From the NCBI GenBank assembly GCA_964016885.1, contig OZ024742.1, positions 219,108,001-219,172,000 on the forward strand: 64,000 bases of DNA, given 5' to 3'. Numbering within the stretch: the stretch's first letter is position 1; each line of letters starts with the position of its first letter. Positions 40,377 to 52,750 of this stretch are shown one piece after another. Under the pieces are notes generated by a model. That model saw only the letters and a program-made list of their open reading frames with translations, did no database searches and was not told the origin of the DNA. Source of the DNA: Eledone cirrhosa. Its lineage: Eukaryota. A program made the translations under genes and the position numbers.

Positions 40377-42223
40377 GTTAGTTGGAAATTTTTCGTGTCA
40401 AGTTAGTTTGTATCTCATTGTAACATTTTAATATTCCACGTATGTATATATAATTATAAACTCCAAACCATATGGTTATGAACTCTTTAACCACTCCAAA
40501 CATATAAATATATATAATCACATTCATTTATTCCTTCGTCGATTTTATCATTGGACTGCATCGACCACAGGTGAAAAGAATGTAACCAAATCAAATTCCA
40601 TAATCAATTTTGATCGCAGTTTCCACTCATTTTGTCATCCAAGGACATATATACATATTCTGCGTATTCTACAGATACTTATGCTCATAACGAAAATTTC
40701 GAGCAAACCCAACGTGAGATAATGTTTAACACTGATGGATCATTTCAATTACATATATGATTCAGGCAACAGACTTCCACGCAGTTTCCGTTAATCAAAT
40801 TTCATTCACAAGGTTTTAGTCAACCCTTGTCTACGGTTAAAGGAAACGTACCTCAAAGCGACAAATAGTGGAATCAAACTGGTGTATTTAGATGCATTCG
40901 AGATTCAAATGCTACTGGAATCAATTTTTCTTTTTATCTTACTGCTTGATGGCAATAAACCATGTGTCAGCCATACAGTTGTGGATCACTTCCATCGATT
41001 GTACTTCAACTCCTAAAATTGTGTGCCCTTGTGTCCATGCAAGACACCGTTATCAATAGACGTACGATAAGATATATCAGTGGATGTAGTTCCTCTATAT
41101 ATATTCTTGTTGAAAACTGTTACTATTTACGGATTGACATATATCTAGGTTCAGTTTCCTACCTCAACCAGTCAATATGCCTATTTGGTTAATTGTAGTC
41201 AGTTGATAACGTGTAACTGGTGCCGTATCTTCTATTCTTGGACGTGTCTCCTTTATCTTTACACCAAGATTGTCTCCTGATAATGCTGCTTTGTATATTA
41301 GTTTCATAACAACTTCAGCTGACGTTGCTACTCTCGCCTGACTTTTCAAATATATACTAATTTAGTTATGTTTTTCTAATAATTCGCCTACATATTTATG
41401 ATTATCGTGGAATATGAAGATATTGTGCTGCTATATTTCCAAAAGAACATATTTTAACGAAAATATTTTTTGTAATAGATTTTTAAAAACAACTAGACCA
41501 TCCGTGACAGTTCACTTCAAAATATTTTTTTAAAATCATGTTCACTTAAAAATAATTTTTGAATAATTAAAATATACACAGACATGTATATAATGTGAAA
41601 TGGACTAGAAGACCCATATATATGCGTGTGTGTATATATGTGTGTGTGTATAAATATATGTATGTCTGTGTGTGGGTGTCTGTGATCTATATACACTGGT
41701 CATAGACACACACACATATATATATACACACACACTCACATATATATATATATATATATATACACAACAACACTACCAGCTCTCTTCCATTCTCCTTCTC
41801 TGTCTCCTCACCCTCTCTCTATGTCTCTCTTTCAATCTACTCTGTCACAACCACTATCTCTTCCTCTCTATCTTTCTCTCTCTTTGTTTATGAAGGTACC
41901 CGGAAAACCCCATATCTCGGGAACCCGTGGTCCGATTTACACGAAACTTGTTTTATTCCATTTGTATTCCCATTTCAGGGTCAATTTCCTTTCAAAGTAT
42001 TTTCCCATTATGCACCCTTTTGGCTGTATTACATTACAGACAAGCAATAAAGCAAGCAGAGAGTTTTAGTATTATACAGATAGATAGTACCCTCTCTAAT
42101 CGAATTTGGATTGAACTGTTCATCAGCTATACTTCTAAGTGGTCACTCAACTAGCTAGAAATAACAACCAAATTACTCTCGCAATCAGCCGTCTTTAAAA
42201 AATGGATGGATATGTGAAATAAT

Positions 42224-42402
42224 TGTTTCTACTTTTTGGCACAAGGCCAGCAATTATCCCAGTGCATTACTGGTACTTTATTTTATCTGTAAGGATGAAA
42301 GGCAAAGTTGACCTCAGCAAGATTTGAACTCAGATCATAAAGGGGCGTAACTCTGCAAAGCATGGTGTCCGACGCTCTACCGATACTGCCAATCCACCGC
42401 CC
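42224..42402 (-). mobile_element. SINE copy
   Basis: TSD tggatatgtgaaataat. Confidence 0.86.
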
Positions 42403-42662
42403 TTGGATATGTGAAATAATGAAGTTTGATATATTGTCAGAAAAGATGGAGTGGTCATGGTTATTAAAGTATTTGATAATACCTCTGCTCAATGGCGGTA
42501 CCCTGGAACAAAACTAAAAAATAGCAACAATGATAGTATTTGCAACAATGTTCGCGGGTATCTAGTTATCTATATGTCTAGGTGGGTTTTCTGTTCTGTC
42601 TGATCCTGTATGTGTATGTATGTTTATCTATGTACCTATCAATCTATTTGTACATATTTGTG

Positions 42663-42695
<33 letters not shown>

Positions 42696-42701
<6 letters not shown>

Positions 42702-45261
42702 ATAAATGCTCTGAAATAGCGATATATATGTGAATATAGACATAGAATATTCGAAAATATTCTGTATGTTTATAATAAACATTTTGAAGACCTAATCGCT
42801 ATAGAATAGAATACGTCACGTATTACAATTAGATTCTCGATAAAAGCAAGGGAAGTAATCTACGCGTTTCATTCTTGTTAGAATTCATCAGGACCACATA
42901 TCCAGTGCTTTTATCGAGAATGACACAGCTAGAGACTTATAGAATACTTAGCTGTGTACAGGAACTGGTTTGAAAGAGCGGTTGCCGGTCCGGCAGAAAT
43001 TAGAAATTGGAATAAATGCTCTGAAATAGCGATATATATGTGAATATAGACATAGAATATTCGAAAATATTCTGTATGTTTATAATAAACATTTTGAAGA
43101 CCTAATCGCTATAGAATAGAATACGTCACGTATTACAATTAGATTCTCGATAAAAGCAAGGGAAGTAATCTACGCGTTTCATTCTTGTTAGAATTCATCA
43201 GGACCACATATCCAGTGCTTTTATCGAGAATGACACAGCTAGAGACTTATAGAATACTTAGCTGTGTACAGGAACTGGTTTGAAAGAGCGGTTGCCGGTC
43301 CGGCAGAAATTAGAAATTGGAATAAATGCTCTGAAATAGCGATATATATGTGAATATAGACATAGAATATTCGAAAATATTCTGTATGTTTATAATAAAC
43401 ATTTTGAAGACCTAATCGCTATAGAATAGAATACGTCACGTATTACAATTAGATTCTCGATAAAAGCAAGGGAAGTAGTCTACGCGTTTCATTCTTGTTA
43501 GAATTCATCAGGACCACATATCCAGTGCTTTTATCGAGAATGACACAGCTAGAGACTTATAGAATACTTAGCTGTGTACAGGAACTGGTTTGAAAGAGCG
43601 GTTGCCGGTCCGGCAGAAATTAGAAATTGGAATAAATGCTCTGAAATAGCGATATATATGTGAATATAGACATAGAATATTCGAAAATATTCTGTATGTT
43701 TATAATAAACATTTTGAAGACCTAATCGCTATAGAATAGAATACGTCACGTATTACAATTAGATTCTCGATAAAAGCAAGGGAAGTAATCTACGCGTTTC
43801 ATTCTTGTTAGAATTCATCAGGACCACATATCCAGTGCTTTTATCGAGAATGACACAGCTAGAGACTTATAGAATACTTAGCTGTGTACAGGAACTGGTT
43901 TGAAAGAGCGGTTGCCGGTCCGGCAGAAATTAGAAATTGGAATAAATGCTCTGAAATAGCGATATATATGTGAATATAGACATAGAATATTCGAAAATAT
44001 TCTGTATGTTTATAATAAACATTTTGAAGACCTAATCGCTATAGAATAGAATACGTCACGTATTACAATTAGATTCTCGATAAAAGCAAGGGAAGTAATC
44101 TACGCGTTTCATTCTTGTTAGAATTCATCAGGACCACATATCCAGTGCTTTTATCGAGAATGACACAGCTAGAGACTTATAGAATACTTAGCTGTGTACA
44201 GGAACTGGTTTGAAAGAGCGGTTGCCGGTCCGGCAGAAATTAGAAATTGGAATAAATGCTCTGAAATAGCGATATATATGTGAATATAGACATAGAATAT
44301 TCGAAAATATTCTGTATGTTTATAATAAACATTTTGAAGACCTAATCGCTATAGAATAGAATACGTCACGTATTACAATTAGATTCTCGATAAAAGCAAG
44401 GGAAGTAATCTACGCGTTTCATTCTTGTTAGAATTCATCAGGACCACATATCCAGTGCTTTTATCGAGAATGACACAGCTAGAGACTTATAGAATACTTA
44501 GCTGTGTACAGGAACTGGTTTGAAAGAGCGGTTGCCGGTCCGGCAGAAATTAGAAATTGGAATAAATGCTCTGAAATAGCGATATATATGTGAATATAGA
44601 CATAGAATATTCGAAAATATTCTGTATGTTTATAATAAACATTTTGAAGACCTAATCGCTATAGAATAGAATACGTCACGTATTACAATTAGATTCTCGA
44701 TAAAAGCAAGGGAAGTAATCTACGCGTTTCATTCTTGTTAGAATTCATCAGGACCACATATCCAGTGCTTTTATCGAGAATGACACAGCTAGAGACTTAT
44801 AGAATACTTAGCTGTGTACAGGAACTGGTTTGAAAGAGCGGTTGCCGGTCCGGCAGAAATTAGAAATTGGAATAAATGCTCTGAAATAGCGATATATATG
44901 TGAATATAGACATAGAATATTCGAAAATATTCTGTATGTTTATAATAAACATTTTGAAGACCTAATCGCTATAGAATAGAATACGTCACGTATTACAATT
45001 AGATTCTCGATAAAAGCAAGGGAAGTAATCTACGCGTTTCATTCTTGTTAGAATTCATCAGGACCACATATCCAGTGCTTTTATCGAGAATGACACAGCT
45101 AGAGACTTATAGAATACTTAGCTGTGTACAGGAACTGGTTTGAAAGAGCGGTTGCCGGTCCGGCAGAAATTAGAAATTGGAATAAATGCTCTGAAATAGC
45201 GATATATATGTGAATATAGACATAGAATATTCGAAAATATTCTGTATGTTTATAATAAACA
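42696..45261 (-). repeat. 310-bp tandem array, left arm (about 8.3 units); hammerhead-containing retrozyme-like units on the minus strand
   Basis: aataaatgct recurs at 42701, 43011, 43321 ... 45181 (period 310). Units are near identical and the arm is preceded by (TA)n. Confidence 0.95.
42855..42897 (-). ncRNA. Same hammerhead on the minus strand; 8 copies at 310-bp spacing (42855 ... 45025)
   Basis: gtaatc-tacgcg-tttc-attcttgttagaat-tcatcag-gaccac is the reverse complement of the motif at 45319. Confidence 0.88.
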
Positions 45262-46725
45262 CAGCTAAGTATTCTATAAGTCTCTAGCTGTGTCATTCTC
45301 GATAAAAGCACTGGATATGTGGTCCTGATGAATTCTAACAAGAATGAAACGCGTAGATTACTTCCCTTGCTTTTATCGAGAATCTAATTGTAATACGTGA
45401 CGTATTCTATTCTATAGCGATTAGGTCTTCAAAATGTTTATTATAAACATACAGAATATTTTCGAATATTCTATGTCTATATTCACATATATATCGCTAT
45501 TTCAGAGCATTTATTCCAATTTCTAATTTCTGCCGGACCGGCAACCGCTCTTTCAAACCAGTTCCTGTACACAGCTAAGTATTCTATAAGTCTCTAGCTG
45601 TGTCATTCTCGATAAAAGCACTGGATATGTGGTCCTGATGAATTCTAACAAGAATGAAACGCGTAGATTACTTCCCTTGCTTTTATCGAGAATCTAATTG
45701 TAATACGTGACGTATTCTATTCTATAGCGATTAGGTCTTCAAAATGTTTATTATAAACATACAGAATATTTTCGAATATTCTATGTCTATATTCACATAT
45801 ATATCGCTATTTCAGAGCATTTATTCCAATTTCTAATTTCTGCCGGACCGGCAACCGCTCTTTCAAACCAGTTCCTGTACACAGCTAAGTATTCTATAAG
45901 TCTCTAGCTGTGTCATTCTCGATAAAAGCACTGGATATGTGGTCCTGATGAATTCTAACAAGAATGAAACGCGTAGATTACTTCCCTTGCTTTTATCGAG
46001 AATCTAATTGTAATACGTGACGTATTCTATTCTATAGCGATTAGGTCTTCAAAATGTTTATTATAAACATACAGAATATTTTCGAATATTCTATGTCTAT
46101 ATTCACATATATATCGCTATTTCAGAGCATTTATTCCAATTTCTAATTTCTGCCGGACCGGCAACCGCTCTTTCAAACCAGTTCCTGTACACAGCTAAGT
46201 ATTCTATAAGTCTCTAGCTGTGTCATTCTCGATAAAAGCACTGGATATGTGGTCCTGATGAATTCTAACAAGAATGAAACGCGTAGATTACTTCCCTTGC
46301 TTTTATCGAGAATCTAATTGTAATACGTGACGTATTCTATTCTATAGCGATTAGGTCTTCAAAATGTTTATTATAAACATACAGAATATTTTCGAATATT
46401 CTATGTCTATATTCACATATATATCGCTATTTCAGAGCATTTATTCCAATTTCTAATTTCTGCCGGACCGGCAACCGCTCTTTCAAACCAGTTCCTGTAC
46501 ACAGCTAAGTATTCTATAAGTCTCTAGCTGTGTCATTCTCGATAAAAGCACTGGATATGTGGTCCTGATGAATTCTAACAAGAATGAAACGCGTAGATTA
46601 CTTCCCTTGCTTTTATCGAGAATCTAATTGTAATACGTGACGTATTCTATTCTATAGCGATTAGGTCTTCAAAATGTTTATTATAAACATACAGAATATT
46701 TTCGAATATTCTATGTCTATATTCA
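45259..46725 (+). repeat. 310-bp tandem array, inverted right arm (about 4.7 units); hammerheads on the plus strand
   Basis: Reverse complement of the left-arm unit. acagctaagt recurs at 45261, 45571, 45881, 46191 and 46501. Ends in (TA)n. Confidence 0.95.
45319..45361 (+). ncRNA. Type I hammerhead ribozyme with minimal stem III; further + copies start at 45629, 45939, 46249 and 46559
   Basis: GUGGUC-CUGAUGA-AUUCU(AACA)AGAAU-GAAA-CGC-GUA^-GAUUAC. Intact core, 5-bp stem II, 6-bp stem I continuing into a 16-bp helix, palindromic ACGCGU. Confidence 0.88.
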
Positions 46726-46840
46726 TATATATATATATATATATATATATAAGGGAAAAATTTGAACAGGGACAAAACAGAGAGGCAGTACAACGAATGT
46801 TTATTAATTTCACGCTCTGGAGAGTGGGGTGTTGGTGGGG

Positions 46841-46874
46841 GACGACGTTTCGGGCATAAGCCCTTCCTCAGGTG
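46841..46874 (-). ncRNA. Minimal hammerhead, same family as the one at 1170-1203
   Basis: Minus strand: CAC-CUGAGGA-A-GGGC(UUAU)GCCC-GAAAC-GUC^-GUC. The core differs only at the tolerant N7 position, and stem I is weak. Confidence 0.65.
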
Positions 46875-47983
46875 AGAAGTGTGTGGGAACAGAGTTCAAA
46901 GGGTGTGTAGGAGAGTGGTGGAGAGACATATAGCGAAAGGAAACGGTGCGAATGAAAAAAATAAAAAAATAAAAATAAAATTAAATGAATAAAAAATGGC
47001 GAGCTGTGTTGTTGCATTTAAGTATAATAAATGAAGAATTAAAAATAGAAGTTAGGAATATCCGTCATCAGTTGTCTACTAGCCATCATAGGTATTTCTT
47101 AACATTACAGACAATATACCTCCAGCTCGGGCGATACAATAACTAAAATAAGTTATTGGGATAAAAAGAGTTGGGCGGAGAAAGAGAGACAGGTAAACAA
47201 ACACGAAAGGTGAGGCAACGTAAAGAGAGGAGAAAAATGAAAAAAATCAAGTCAATAATTCATTTCCAACATAAGAACGGGCGAATATAAATTCAAGAAT
47301 TACATATCAAAAGACTAAGTTAGATAAGAAAACATTAGTGGATCCTGTACAAAAATCGACATTTAATTATGGAAGCAATACTTGTATCACAGTTTGATGC
47401 TAATATCAATATCCCGTTTGGTGCCAGCCATACGAACAGCATACAGACGTCATAAACACGTACTGTGCGACGTGTGAGTCTAACGGGCGGGTTTAATATC
47501 CAAATACTGGTATGAAAACCATAGAATGATGAAGTAATACCTGTATAACATCATCATTATCATCATCAGCACCATCATCATTATCATCTAACGTCCATTT
47601 TTTCCTTACTAGCATATAACTTCAGAAAATATGTGCTGTAAAAATAAACCAACAACCCTCGATAAAGGGACCGTGAAGGTCTTAAAACGTTGATAAATAT
47701 TATGTTCCGAACAAACTGTAGAAACCTTATTAGAAATACGAGAAAGAAATTAAATATAGTCACCACTTAACAACACATGGATAAAATAAGGTTGTTTATT
47801 GTGTGTGTGTGTGTGTCTGTTCTTTATGGGTGTCTGTTGGTGTGTGTGTCTCTCTCTATGTGTGTATGTGCTTGTGTATATGTGTGTCTCTCTCTGTATA
47901 TGTGAGTGTAAATGTGTGTGTGTATGTATGTGTGTCAATGTGTATCTGTTCCTATTTACTGATTGGTCTTTCTTTATTTCTAG

Positions 47984-48047
47984 TGTTCCAACTTTTATGA
48001 GTCTCATTGATGAAAACCTCAGTAAAATTGCAGATTTACTGGAAGAG
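47984..48047 (+). CDS. PRKG1: PKG exon, start of CNB-B
   Basis: tttctag| ... |gtaagt. (S)VPTFMSLIDENLSKIADLLEE. Confidence 0.95.
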
Positions 48048-49285
48048 GTAAGTACATATTTGCAAACAGTTTAGTTATGATGGTGATGGTGGAGGTGGCA
48101 ATGGTCGTAGTGGTGATGAGGGTGGTGGTGGTGTTTGCGGTAGTTGTGGTGTTGGCGGTGGCGGTGGAGTGCGAGTTGATATAGCAGTGGTGCCTATGGT
48201 GGTAGTAGTGATGATGGTGGTGGTCGTGGTGTTTGTGGTGGTAGTGTTGGTGGTGGCGCCGGTGGAGTGGGAGTTTATATAGTGGAGGTGTCTATGAGGA
48301 TGGGGTTGTCTGGGGATGATGGTGAGAATATTATTATTATTGTTTGTTGCCATTGACTTTCTGAGTATAAACTGAGTTCCAATCCTACCAGGGACTGAGA
48401 GCTTGTGCCTTCATCTCTTAGGTCTCGATAAATCAAGTTCCTCCATTAAACTGGTGCCTAAGCAATTGACTACACCATTCCCATGTAAATATGTGGCACT
48501 ATGTCAAAGTTAGAAAACATTAACTTTATTTAGGGTCTATAGATTTTTCTTTTTTTTTTATTTATATTATAACTTTGCAGTCTATTGGTGTCCTCAAGAT
48601 TTGCATGCCCATGCAGACTCAACCCAACCTAATGTTATTTTGTGTTACTTCCATGCTCTTCATCTGGCCACACTGTGCCATAAATATAACAGCAGGTCAA
48701 ACATCAAGTTTACTACAAATGTCTCAAGCTGTAGCTCTTGTATTTTGTCTCCCCATATACAGCCACATCAACCTGTGAATATATATGTGGTGCATCAATC
48801 CCATGTGTATTCACATTAGTCTTAATGACCAAGTTTATGTTTCCATACACTCCACCCTAGTCAATGAAATATGTCAGAGTTTCTTTGAACTATTCCTTTG
48901 TAAGCATATAAGAGTCTTCTCGAATTTTGTTATTCTCTTCTTTCCTGGATGTATTCATTGAGCAAGAATGCACTATCATTTGCAATAGACCCCCCATGCA
49001 AATACTGTGCAGAATTCTGTGGTTCCTTAAGCAAGAATGCACTATCATTTGCAACGCACCCTCACACAAATACAGTGCAGGATTTCATGGTTTAGTTAAA
49101 ACACAAGATACTCATGAGTAAATTCAGAATATCCAGTTTTCAGTAAGTGGTCAGATTCATAGGATACTCCAATCTTTCATAAGTGGCAATTTCTCATCTC
49201 TGTGTATGTGGATCGTCCTTGTTTATGTATTTTACTATTTTCTTAAACTGTTTCAATATATTTTATTTCATTATTACCTCCACCA

Positions 49286-49473
49286 GGGTGGTGGATTGGC
49301 AGTATCGGTAGAGGGTCGGACGCCATGCTTGAAGCATAGAGTTACCTCCCTTTATGATCTGAGTTCAAATCCCGCTGAGGTTAACTTTGCCTTTCATCCT
49401 TACAGGGTTGATAAAATAAAGTACCAGTAATACACTGGGATAATTGCTGGCCTTGTGCCAAAAAGTAGAAACA
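49286..49473 (+). mobile_element. SINE copy
   Basis: TSD attattacctccacca. Confidence 0.87.
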
Positions 49474-50374
49474 ATTATTACCTCCACCAACATTTATTAT
49501 ATATGCTTATATGAGTGTGGGGTAGGGGTTATAACCATATGTTTTGGAATTCTTTTGTATGACACATTTTGTATATGTTTAGTCCTTTGTGACCAATAAC
49601 GAAATAGTACTACTAATAATAATATATTTATTATTATTGCTATTGTTGTTGTTATTTTTTAGTTTGAGCATGACAAGAAATTACTGTTCTTAGTTCTTTC
49701 AGAACGTCTCTGACTAATAACGACAAAATCTCTGATGTTAAGTTTAAAACTCTGTCAGTCATTGTGTGCAAATGTTTATGCATCAGTTGCTTTTCCTCAG
49801 ATGCACTTTAAAATATTCTTGTTTGTAGTAAATTATGTCATCATCCTGCCAAAACTTTCTTATAAAGATATGATTTAAACCTGTCTCATATGATTACTGT
49901 ATTGTAATGATGGAAATAATCAGTCTGTGAGAGAGAACATCTTGAAGCTGATCATTAAAAAAACTAGCAAGATTGGAGATAGAATATATTGTAAAAGATC
50001 TACCAAAATGTTTTAGTACATGGAGGTCACAAAAAGATCCAACAACAGAACCGCCTAGCTGTCTTACAGCTTCCCATTTTTTTCTTTATCTTTTTTATGC
50101 TTATTTTGCTTCCCGTTGACCTTCCCTATTTAGTTTTTGTATTATATTTTATTTTATTTTATTTTATTTTATTTTATTTTAGTTTTTATTTCTATTTTTA
50201 TATTCACTTATCTCTGAAATCTTGTTTTTTGTTTGTCAACTGTAAGAAGTACTAGATACTTCTCCTAGTCTGTCATGGCTTACTAACTCTATACGGACGT
50301 TTACATTGATTAAATAAATAAATAAATAGATCATGGTTCAATCTCTGAACATATACAATTATCAATTATTGCAG

Positions 50375-50452
50375 GAGCACTATGAAAATGGTGAATATAT
50401 TATTCGTCAAGGAGCTCGTGGTGACACCTTTTATATTATCTCCAAAGGAATG
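50375..50452 (+). CDS. PRKG1: PKG exon, CNB-B
   Basis: ttgcag| ... |gtaagt. [26 protein letters not shown]. Confidence 0.96.
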
Positions 50453-51836
50453 GTAAGTACACTTATAATAACAATGTAACCAATATTTCACACAAATTTC
50501 ATCCCTCATCCCTTTGTCCTACATCCCTTTGTCATTTTAAGTTGATTCCAAATTGGTGAATTGAAAAATTCAATGATGCACTGAACTAAATATCATAATA
50601 ATGTTTTTTATGATAATGTCTAGGTTTGTTTTTCTAGGAGTTAATCTTGACCAAGTTTGACTTTTCTTATTTTTTCCCCCAAGAAATATCAGGAATATAC
50701 TTGGGTCCATTCAGTTGAATATATCCCACCCCCACCAATCTTCTTCAAAATGTTGCTTCATGCCCACTGAGTAAGAAACCAATATTCGATTTTGTTATTC
50801 TGTCTCATTTATAAGATCAATTTAATAAGTACCAGTAATATACTGTCATCATTGAACCTGGTGACATAAGCTAACTTTTCGCCAATCAAAGGTGAAGTGA
50901 AAAGACTATCAGTGCCAGAATTAGGTATAATATAAAGAACTATATTAGAACCTCCAAAATAATGCAGGGACCCCAAAATAATTAAAAAGCATAAATGTTT
51001 TCAGTTTTTGTGAGAAAACTTCTGGTGTATTTTTGAAACAAGGAGAGCTGCCCAGTGTCTAATTCCACAACTGAAGGTGATCATGTGATCCAAAACTAGA
51101 TACTGAATGGTATTTCATTTCAGTAGGTATTAAATTCTCACTGAAGTTAACTTTGTATATCTCCCCAGAGTCAATAATACCAATAATATCCTCAAGTAAA
51201 TTCAATTGATTATAGCCTTGTCTCATTTAAAATTGTATTGATGCCTAATAAAACAAACTCAGCAATACTTTATCTATAATTGCTAAGAAAATACATTGCT
51301 CAGGTTGTTTCTAGTTAATTTTTTGAAGCTACCTGCATTAAATGTTATTTAAAAATGTATATCACTGATATTAAATTCTCAGAAGCACCATATGCATGAA
51401 AAACCAACAGTGAAGTTGGTGTCAACATATTTAATGAAGGGAACAATAAAAATCTCCCTAGAAATAATTATGCAGTGGAGAAACAACAACAGTAATACTA
51501 ACTGAAATGCTTTTTTTTAGTGCTCTACTTAAGTTCGAAGTCCATTCAAGTTAACTTTGACTTTCAGTCACTTGTGTTTTAGAAATAATTCTTTCAAGAG
51601 TTCATTAATCATAAATCAATTGAGTGTGTGTAAAATAATCATTCAGAACCAACAATGAATACAAAAAGGTCTAAAGTCTACATCAAACCTGGAGGTTCAT
51701 TAGGCTGTTGCTTATCCCAGCTACTGTAACATGAAGCGACAGAAGAGATAAAAGTTTATCCCTTCCATTTTTCCTTGTCATAATCCACCATCTTCTTTCC
51801 TCTCCATTTCTTAAGCAAATAAAATTCGTTTTTCAG

Positions 51837-51931
51837 GTGAAAGTAACTAAAAAAGTGAGTGGTACACAACAAGATCAGTTAATTCGTGTTCTACAAAAAG
51901 GTGAATGTTTTGGAGAAAAAGCATTACATGG
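51837..51931 (+). CDS. PRKG1: PKG exon, CNB-B
   Basis: tttttcag| ... |gtaagt. VKVTKKVSGTQQDQLIRVLQKGECFGEKALH(G). Confidence 0.95.
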
Positions 51932-51939
51932 GTAAGTTT

Positions 51940-51980
<41 letters not shown>

Positions 51981-52344
51981 CATCATCATCATCACCGTTT
52001 TACATCCATTCTTTCATGCTAGCGTGGGTTAGACGGGTCGTCCTGTTGTGGGTAATGTCCGGTCGGCTGACCTTGCCTTGCTCATACGGGAACTGGTTTT
52101 GGCCTGATTTCTACAACTGGATGCCCTTCCTAACACCAACTTCATTTACAGTGAGTGCTGGTGCTTTTTTTTCGTGGTACCTACATGACCACTTTACAGT
52201 GTGGGCTGGGTGCTTTTTTGCCGTGGCACTCCCACGACCATTTTTCAGTGGGAGGGGGTGGGGACATTATATATATATATATATATCCTTGCAAGCAGGG
52301 AAAAAGCGGACGTAAAATAATGATGATGATGATATATATATAAA

Positions 52345-52750
52345 GCATGAAGGCACATGGTTTAGTGGTTAGAGCATTGGGCTTGCAATTGAGAGGCTAT
52401 GAGTTCAATTCTTGGACCAGGTGATACGTTGTGTCCTTGAGTAAGACACTTTATTTCATATTGCTCCAGTTTACTCAGCTGTAGAAATGAGTTGCGACGT
52501 CACTGGTGTCAAGCTGTATTGGTCATTGCCTTTCCCTTGGACAACAACAGTGGTATGGAGAGAGGAGACTGGTATGTGACTGCTGGTCTTCCACAAAACA
52601 AACCTTGCCCAGGCTTGTGCCTCAGAGGGAAATTTTCTAGGTGCAAAACCATGGTCATCCATGATCGAGAGTGGGGGCCACAACTAAAGCATTGCACATG
52701 TGACTGCTGCATTCTTTGGAATGTGGCACAATCACATTGTGGGAGAAATC
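52345..52750 (+). mobile_element. Second tRNA-derived SINE family, lying between two copies of another repeat (about 51980-52265 and 52750-53030)
   Basis: tggtttagtggttagagc A box, gagttcaattc B box and gttgtgtccttgagtaagacactt core. Confidence 0.65.

Noticed and set aside
47655-47695. Hammerhead-like ctcgataaa-gggacc..ggtctt-aaaacgtt
   Set aside because: Several core mismatches and no convincing stem I.
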